Source of the DNA: Oscillospiraceae bacterium
GTDB lineage: Bacteria > Bacillota > Clostridia > Oscillospirales > Ruminococcaceae
Reading direction: 5' to 3'
Length of the DNA: 64,000 nt
NCBI GenBank assembly: GCA_018110985.1
Contig: JAGAWT010000031.1
Location: forward strand, 88,491 to 152,490
Both the position numbers and the translations under genes were made by a program. The notes beneath the pieces were generated by a model. The model was not told the origin of the DNA and ran no database searches. It was given only the letters and a program-made list of their open reading frames with translations. Positions 57,518 to 64,000 of this stretch are shown here, piece after piece (positions within the stretch are counted from its first letter, which is position 1; every line of letters starts with the position of its first letter).

Positions 57518-58219
57518 ATGTCTTATGTTTCTTTGAAAAATGTGTGCAAGCGGTACAAAATGGGTGAGATAACCATTACCGCTGCCGACGATATCTCCTT
57601 TGAGATAGAAAAGGGAGAATTTGTTGCCATAACCGGGGAATCCGGCGCAGGAAAGACCACTGTCCTGAACCTTCTCGGGGGGATGGACACCTGCGACGAC
57701 GGAAAGATAACCGTGGACGGCAGGGATATCACCTCTCTTTCAAGAAAGGGGCTCACGGAGTACAGGCGCCATGACATAGGCTTTGTGTTCCAGTTTTACA
57801 ACCTTGTCCCCAACCTTACGGCTCTGGAAAATGTGGAGCTGGCGGCGCAGATCTGCAGGGACAGCCTTGACCCCGCATCGGTGCTTGAAAAGGTAGGGCT
57901 TTCCCACAGGATGAACAATTTCCCCGCTCAGCTTTCCGGGGGAGAGCAGCAGAGAGTGTCCATAGCAAGAGCCATTGCCAAATCCCCAAAGCTGCTCCTC
58001 TGCGACGAGCCTACGGGAGCTCTTGACTACAATACGGGAAAGACCATTCTGGGGCTTTTGCAGGACTGCTCCCGCAAAAGGGGCATGACCGTTGTGGTCA
58101 TAACCCACAACCAGGCAATAACACCCATGGCAGACAGGATAATCAGGCTGAAAAACAGCCGTGTGAACCGTATCGCACTGAACCCCCACCCCACGGATGT
58201 AAACGATATAGAATGGTGA
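57518..58219 (+). CDS. ABC transporter ATP-binding protein (MacB/LolD-type)
   Basis: Walker [10 protein letters not shown], signature LSGGEQQR, Walker B LLLCDEP. Confidence 0.85.
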   Translation: MSYVSLKNVCKRYKMGEITITAADDISFEIEKGEFVAITGESGAGKTTVLNLLGGMDTCDDGKITVDGRDITSLSRKGLTEYRRHDIGFVFQFYNLVPNLTALENVELAAQICRDSLDPASVLEKVGLSHRMNNFPAQLSGGEQQRVSIARAIAKSPKLLLCDEPTGALDYNTGKTILGLLQDCSRKRGMTVVVITHNQAITPMADRIIRLKNSRVNRIALNPHPTDVNDIEW

Positions 58220-58234
58220 CGGGAACTGCTATAA

Positions 58235-61200
58235 ATGAACAGATTAACACTTAACACTCTCAGGGGGCTCGGAGCCTCCTTCGGAAGGTTTGCCGCCATA
58301 ATGGCGATAACCGCCATAAGCTGCGCCTTCTATTCCGGAGTAAAGGGCTGTTCCCCGCTCCTGAAGGGTGCAGCGTGGAAGTACTTTGAGGACACGTCTC
58401 TTGCGGACGTAAGGGTAGTTTCCACTCTGGGCTTTTCAGATGAGGATGCAGCAGAGATAATAAAGGGGGAGCCTTTTTACACGGGCTACGGCTGCTACTC
58501 CGCCGACCTTTTCACCGAAGGTGACAGGGGTCAGGTGACAGTACACGTCATGAGCTATTCCCCCGCCTACTCCCTCAACACCCCCTTCCTTACGGAGGGC
58601 AGGCTCCCTTCCGCATCCGGAGAGCTACTGATGGATGCCAAACAGTCGGAGGATCTTTCCCTTTCCGTAGGAGACAAGGTGGTCTTTACTGCCGAGGACA
58701 TTGAGGACAAGCTGGCAGTGACGGAGTTTACAGTGGTGGGAAAGGCACTTTCTCCCCTGTACACCACCGACAACAGAGGTGTGACCAATGTGGGGAACGG
58801 TGAGATCGCCGCCTTTGCCTACATCCCGGAGGAGGATTTTTCCTTCGATGCCTTCACGGAGATCTACCTTGGGGTAAAGGGCGGGAAGACCTGCACCCCC
58901 TTCGGCGATGATTACGACTTTATATCACAGTCCGCCGTCAGGAGCATAGAGACAAGGGAGGAAGAGTTCCTTGAATCCAGGCGTGAGAGCATCAGGAACG
59001 AGGCTCTTGACGAGATGTCGGAGGAAGTGGAGAAGCTGGAGGATGCACAGCGGGAGCTGGACATCAACCGCCATAAATACGAAGATTCAAAGGAAGAGCT
59101 GCGGGACAGCGAGGAGCTTCTGAAAAAGCAGGAGGAAACGGTCTCTGTGGCGGGAGAGGAAGCTCTCAAGACACTTGAAGCCCTGAATACCTCCTATAAC
59201 GACCTTGCGGAGCTTGCCTCCACCTGCGGGGAGATAGATGCATGGCTCACCGCCTACGAGGGAGTCTCCCTTACGGTGCTGCCGCAGGACATGAGGGACA
59301 GCTTTACCCGTATACAGACCATTTACGACAAAAACAATGTTGCCGCCAATATAGGCGAACAGCTCTCCTTTTATGTGCTCAACGACCCTGTGACTCAGGC
59401 GGAGGAAAAGGCTGCGGCGAAGGCTGCGGTATCTGCGGTGAACGAGCAGGTGCGTTCGGCTTCAAGCTCCACCATGGCACAGCTTTCCTCCCAGATAGAT
59501 GCCATAAACGATAAAATGGCAAATCCGGGACAGGACTACGAAAAGCTGGTGGCTGCCAAGGAAGAGATCGCAGAAGCCAAAAAGGAGCTGAAAAAAGCAG
59601 GCAGGAAGCTGAAAGAGGCACAGCTTGAAATAGATGAGGGCCGTGCTGAGATAGACAAGGTCCTTGATGAGCTCGAAGAGGAGATAAAGGGCGGCAGGCT
59701 CTATGTCACCGCAAGGAAGGACTTTAATCCGGACTGCATGACCTACGGCCTTGACTGCGACAGAGTAGACAGCATTGCGGATGTTTTTCCCGTTTTCTTT
59801 GTGCTGCTGTCGGCACTGGTATGCTGGTCTGCCATGACAAGGCTGGTGGAGCAGAAAAGGAGCGAAGCCGGCACCCTGAAGGCACTCGGCTATTCCGATG
59901 CCTCTGTCATAGCACAGTATGTGCTCTACGCCCTTGCAGCTTCTGTTATAGGCTCCGTGGCAGGAGTTCTGGCAGGCTTCAAGTTCCTGCCCCGGATAAT
60001 CTACGAATGCTACACCACCATGTACAACATCCCCGGCTTCACAGACGGCTTTGACCCGAAGCTGGCAGGCATATGCGCAGGCTGCGCCATACTCTGCAAT
60101 GTGGTGTCGGTGCTGGTCACCTCCGCAGGAGAGCTGCGTTCCTCCCCCGCATCACTTATAAGGCCCCGTCCTCCACGCAGCGGCAAAAGGATACTCCTTG
60201 AAAGGATAGCCCCCCTGTGGAAAAGGACGCCCTTCCTCACAAAGGTATCTCTGAGGAACCTGCTCAGGTACAAGAGCCGCTTCTTTGTAAGCGTTCTGGG
60301 AGTATGCGGCTGCACCGCACTCCTGCTGACGGCTTTCGGACTGAAATATGCCATTTCCGGTGTGCTGGATGCACAGTTTAAGGGAGTGGATCGTTACAGC
60401 GGGATCTGCACCCTTGACGAGGAGATAAGCGATGAGGAGATCGAAAAGGTCATCTCCACCGCAAAGGACATCCCCGAGATAACCGATGTTATACCCGCAG
60501 TAAGGGTCCTCCACGGGATACCCGGCAGGAAAAGGACAGTAAACGCCTATTTTACCGCCGCTGAAGATATTTCCGCCATCGTAGCCCTCACAGACAGGGA
60601 TACGGGGAAAGAGCTGCCCTGTGTGCCCCCCGAAAACGAATGTTACATCACGGAGAAGCTGTCCATACTCACAGGCATCAAAAAGGGTGACATGATAACT
60701 CCCATTGAGGGCTTCGGTGCTCTGAAAGTTGCGGGTGTGACCAAGAACCACATAGAGCACTTTGTATACCTTTCCCCCGAAAGCTACAAAAGGGTCTTTG
60801 GCAGCTGCAGGACGGATACGCTGTACTTTTCCGCAGACGGCCTGCCCAAAAAGGCAAGGCGCAGCGAGATAACCTCCGCTGTGATAAGCTGCGAGGGTGT
60901 GACCTCCGCCATTTTCATGGAGGACGGAGTTTCAAATTTCTACTCCCTCTTTAAAAGCCTTGATGCCATCATACTGATGATAATCCTCTTTGTGGCAGCG
61001 CTTACGCTTGTGATACTGCTGAACCTGGCAGATATAAACATAAGCGAGCGGACAAGGGAGCTTGCCTCCATAAAGGTGCTGGGCTTCTACGACAAGGAGC
61101 TTTCATCCTATGTATTCAGGGAAAACATCATCTCTGCGGCACTGGGGATAGCATCGGGGCTGATACTGGGCATCTTCCTGGAGAGCTTCGTCATCGTCAC

Positions 61201-61360
61201 GGCGGAGACTGATGCGGTCATGTTCCTGCGGGGTCTTGCCCCATGGTGCTTCGGCGCTGCGGCAGCGGTGATGGTGATCTTTGTACTGGCAGCAGACATT
61301 TTCATAAAAATAAGACTTATGGGCATAGACATGGCACAGTCCATGAAAGCTGTGGAATGA
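58235..61360 (+). CDS. FtsX-family ABC permease (duplicated FtsX modules, large coiled-coil extracytoplasmic domain)
   Basis: 1041 aa. MacB-like periplasmic domain followed by a ~250-aa coiled-coil region, then 4+4 TM. Confidence 0.8.
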   Translation: MNRLTLNTLRGLGASFGRFAAIMAITAISCAFYSGVKGCSPLLKGAAWKYFEDTSLADVRVVSTLGFSDEDAAEIIKGEPFYTGYGCYSADLFTEGDRGQVTVHVMSYSPAYSLNTPFLTEGRLPSASGELLMDAKQSEDLSLSVGDKVVFTAEDIEDKLAVTEFTVVGKALSPLYTTDNRGVTNVGNGEIAAFAYIPEEDFSFDAFTEIYLGVKGGKTCTPFGDDYDFISQSAVRSIETREEEFLESRRESIRNEALDEMSEEVEKLEDAQRELDINRHKYEDSKEELRDSEELLKKQEETVSVAGEEALKTLEALNTSYNDLAELASTCGEIDAWLTAYEGVSLTVLPQDMRDSFTRIQTIYDKNNVAANIGEQLSFYVLNDPVTQAEEKAAAKAAVSAVNEQVRSASSSTMAQLSSQIDAINDKMANPGQDYEKLVAAKEEIAEAKKELKKAGRKLKEAQLEIDEGRAEIDKVLDELEEEIKGGRLYVTARKDFNPDCMTYGLDCDRVDSIADVFPVFFVLLSALVCWSAMTRLVEQKRSEAGTLKALGYSDASVIAQYVLYALAASVIGSVAGVLAGFKFLPRIIYECYTTMYNIPGFTDGFDPKLAGICAGCAILCNVVSVLVTSAGELRSSPASLIRPRPPRSGKRILLERIAPLWKRTPFLTKVSLRNLLRYKSRFFVSVLGVCGCTALLLTAFGLKYAISGVLDAQFKGVDRYSGICTLDEEISDEEIEKVISTAKDIPEITDVIPAVRVLHGIPGRKRTVNAYFTAAEDISAIVALTDRDTGKELPCVPPENECYITEKLSILTGIKKGDMITPIEGFGALKVAGVTKNHIEHFVYLSPESYKRVFGSCRTDTLYFSADGLPKKARRSEITSAVISCEGVTSAIFMEDGVSNFYSLFKSLDAIILMIILFVAALTLVILLNLADINISERTRELASIKVLGFYDKELSSYVFRENIISAALGIASGLILGIFLESFVIVTAETDAVMFLRGLAPWCFGAAAAVMVIFVLAADIFIKIRLMGIDMAQSMKAVE

Positions 61361-61433
61361 CGGACTGACGATATGACCGCAGTATCACGCCTGCTCTCTG
61401 AAGGCAGGCTTTGAAACACGAAGGAGATATATC

Positions 61434-62075
61434 ATGAAAAAGAAGATATTTGCCGCACTTTCTGCTGCCCTGCTCATGATGGGCGCCGGCACAGATGTCG
61501 GCGCAGCCGGGACTTCTCTCAGCAAGCCGTTTCGTGAAAAGTACAAGCAGATACTTGCGTCGGAAAAATACTTTGAGGGGGTCTACATCGGTGACCTTAC
61601 CGGAGACAGCCGTGAAGATCTGCTTGTCGCACACAACGATTTCGGTAATTTCGACCTTTATGTTCCCGTGGGGAAAAAACTGGTAAAGAAAGAATTCTCT
61701 GTCACAAGCATATGGGGCTTTACACAGTATATAAAGGGCAGGCGGGAATTTATCTGCATGAAGAACTATGGTCACACCCAGGGCGCACCTATCCCCATCA
61801 GCATGGAGATGTTTGCTGTAACGGATGACAAAACGGATACCTATACCCTTTTCAAAGACTATACCGACAAGGGCAGGGGCATCGTGAGAAAGCTGAACGG
61901 AAAGGATGTATCCGAGGAGGACTTTTCCACAGCCCTTTACAGCCTTATAATGGCGACCTCCGACGCCGATCCCGTCCCCCTTGTGCGCCACGGTGAAGAC
62001 AGCCTTCTGTACTACGGAGACGACAATATCATAGACATGGACTATGATGAATACATAAAGAAGATGCTGGGCTGA
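61434..62075 (+). CDS. Secreted hypothetical protein
   Basis: Signal peptide MKKKIFAALSAALLMMGAGTDVGAA. No known domain. Confidence 0.5.
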   Translation: MKKKIFAALSAALLMMGAGTDVGAAGTSLSKPFREKYKQILASEKYFEGVYIGDLTGDSREDLLVAHNDFGNFDLYVPVGKKLVKKEFSVTSIWGFTQYIKGRREFICMKNYGHTQGAPIPISMEMFAVTDDKTDTYTLFKDYTDKGRGIVRKLNGKDVSEEDFSTALYSLIMATSDADPVPLVRHGEDSLLYYGDDNIIDMDYDEYIKKMLG

Positions 62076-62126
62076 ATCTCAGCAAAATGAACATATGTAC
62101 AATGTATTTTCAAAGGCAGATATAAA

Positions 62127-62807
62127 ATGAGAATGAGAAGAAAAAAGTGGGCACGCCCCGAACTTGAGCAGTGCCCCTACTATATAGATGATGCCACGGG
62201 AATGGGGGGCAAATGGAGAGAGGGCTTTGCAGAGCCTTCCCAGCCCCTGTGTCTGGAGCTTGGGTGCGGAAAGGGCGTTTTTGCGGCGCAGCACGCCCTG
62301 AAATACCGTGAGGCGAACCTGGTGGCAGTGGATATAAAGGCGGACATCCTTGGTGTGGCACGGAGAAACATAGAGGCTATGTTCTCCGTGGTGGGCGAGA
62401 CCCACAACAATATCAAGCTGGTGCGGATGAACGTTTCAAAGATAGAGGACTTTTTCACCCCGGATGACAGGGTGGACAGGATATATATAAACTTCTGCAA
62501 CCCCTGGTCAAGAGAAAAGCACAAAAAGAGAAGGCTCACCCACCCGAGGCAGCTCATCCAGTACAAAAAAATACTTTCTCCCACGGGAGAGATTTTCTTC
62601 AAGACCGATGATGACGGCCTTTTTGAGGATTCGGTGGCATATTTTGAGGAATGCGGTTTCGATATCACCTTTATCACCCATGACCTCTATTCCTCCGATT
62701 TTCAGGGGAACCTTATCACCGAGCACGAAAAGCACTTCATCTCCGAGGGAAAGAAGATCAAGATGCTGACTGCCTTCATAAAGGATACCGCTCCGGGAGG
62801 TGAGTGA
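62127..62807 (+). CDS. trmB: tRNA (guanine46-N7)-methyltransferase
   Basis: SAM-binding LELGCGKG and TrmB C-terminal motifs. Confidence 0.85.
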   Translation: MRMRRKKWARPELEQCPYYIDDATGMGGKWREGFAEPSQPLCLELGCGKGVFAAQHALKYREANLVAVDIKADILGVARRNIEAMFSVVGETHNNIKLVRMNVSKIEDFFTPDDRVDRIYINFCNPWSREKHKKRRLTHPRQLIQYKKILSPTGEIFFKTDDDGLFEDSVAYFEECGFDITFITHDLYSSDFQGNLITEHEKHFISEGKKIKMLTAFIKDTAPGGE

Positions 62808-62809
62808 CG

Positions 62810-64000
62810 TGAAGCAGCTTTACAGAGCCCTTTCGGTGGTGCTCTGCCTTGTATTGTCCCTGAATATGGTGTGCCTTGCCGCCCCGAAAAGCTCCGCTGT
62901 GCTTTTTTCACCGGACTTTTCCATAACCTCCGAAGCGGCGGTCATGGTGAACCTTGACAAAGGGGTGATAGTCTACGAAAAGAATGCCGACAAGAAGATG
63001 TACCCTGCCTCCCTTACAAAGATCGTCACCGCCATGGTGGTGCTGGATCATGTGCCGGAGGAGGAGCTGAACACCACCATGTACGAAGCGCCTCTGTCTG
63101 TATTTGACGAGCTCTACGGCACGGGTGCTTCCGCTGTGGGTCTTGCATGGGGAGAAGTGACCTCCGTACAGGATCTGCTCTACTCCCTTCTGCTCAAATC
63201 GGCGTGTGAGTCGGCGGGCATACTGGCTTACAATGTGGGCGGACAGTCCACACAGAACTTCATCTCCATGATGAACGACAAGACAAAGGTCATAGGCTGC
63301 ACGGGCACCCACTTTACCAATCCTCACGGGCTTTTTGACAAAAACCAGTACACCAACGCCCATGATATGGCAAAGATAGTGCTCTACGCTCTGGAAAACT
63401 ACCCGAAGCTGGTGGAGATAGCCTGCACGCTGGATTACCAGATGCAGCCCACAAATGTCCACGGAGAGGGCTGGGCGCATATCTACCACACCAATTCCAT
63501 GATAAATCCCGACAGCTACGAATATTACCCCTATGTAAAGGGCTTCAAGACGGGAACTCTGGATGAATGCGGCAGGAACCTTTCCACCTTAGGCTCTAAG
63601 GACGGCAACAACTATATGCTGGTGACTCTGGGCTCTCCCATGACCGACGAGGAGGGTCACACTGTCTACGATCACTATGAGGATCACAGGATGCTCTATG
63701 ACTGGGCATTTGAGAACCTTGAATACAGGCAGATACTAAGCGAGGGCAAGGAAATCACGGAGGTGCCGGTGCGCTTCGGCGACAACAGTGACTTTGTGCG
63801 CCTTGTGACGGGAGAAAGCTACTCCTGTATCTGGGATAAGAACTACGATGAGACAAAGAGCCTTGACAGCCGCAGAGAACTGGCTACGGACAAGCTCAAC
63901 GACGACGGCAGTATCACCGCTCCCGTGAAAAAGGGAGATGAACTGGGTAGCTATACCCTTACCCTCAACAATGAGGAGATATGCACCGTGCCCCTTGTGG
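62810..64000 (+). CDS. D-alanyl-D-alanine carboxypeptidase (peptidase S11, DacA-like), 3-prime partial
   Basis: GTG start with GGGAGGTGA upstream. SxxK (ASLTKIV), SxN and KTG motifs. The ORF runs off the window end and is not in the ORF track. Confidence 0.75.

Noticed and set aside
1-64000. tRNA, rRNA, tmRNA, RNase P or SRP RNA genes; prophage or IS elements
   Set aside because: No cloverleaf-consistent GGTTCGAATCC-type T-arm sequences, no rRNA-like stretches and no integrase, transposase or recombinase ORFs were seen. Only the non-autonomous 103-bp repeats were found.

Overview
The window is a gene-dense chromosomal segment from a Firmicute of the class Clostridia. It is most likely a Ruminococcus/Oscillospiraceae-type cellulosome-bearing organism, because it carries a dockerin-containing LRR surface protein and several cell-wall-binding-repeat proteins, at a GC content I estimate by eye at about 55%. 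I found no rRNA, tRNA, CRISPR array, integrase or transposase.

The housekeeping backbone is recognisable: ilvD, aspS, hprK, mnmG, trmB, glgP, speE, speA, pheA, a GH31 alpha-xylosidase, AzlCD, a MacB-type ABC transporter, a DacA-like PBP and a eukaryotic-type hisA.

Between these sit several accessory or unusual modules:
1. A previously unannotated ~103-bp palindromic MITE-like repeat family with six copies, four of them clustered at 2.7-3.3 kb, showing compensatory stem covariation between sub-families.
2. A FIST sensor - soluble MCP - MoxR AAA+ ATPase - 54-aa membrane peptide operon, with a canonical sigma-70 promoter.
3. A PspA-less YdjGHI-like envelope module (SPFH protein with three C-terminal zinc ribbons, zinc-ribbon protein, TPM protein) extended by a flavodoxin, two small membrane proteins and a secreted cell-wall-binding protein, with ATGA and TAATG overlap couplings.
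4. A dynamin-like GTPase pair split by a 324-aa protein that may be a degenerate M48-like pseudo-peptidase, followed by RidA.
5. A divergent MetRS-like paralog with degenerate class I motifs (HFGH, TDCYG, K-A-S-S-S) immediately upstream of a 1035-aa type-II membrane VWA protein.
6. A promoter-SD-terminator-flanked 25-aa hydrophobic micro-ORF.
7. A 930-bp non-coding island upstream of hprK with direct repeats.

Gene starts were refined by hand from RBS context where the ORF track over-extended. All functional calls rest on motif recognition by eye, with no database search.
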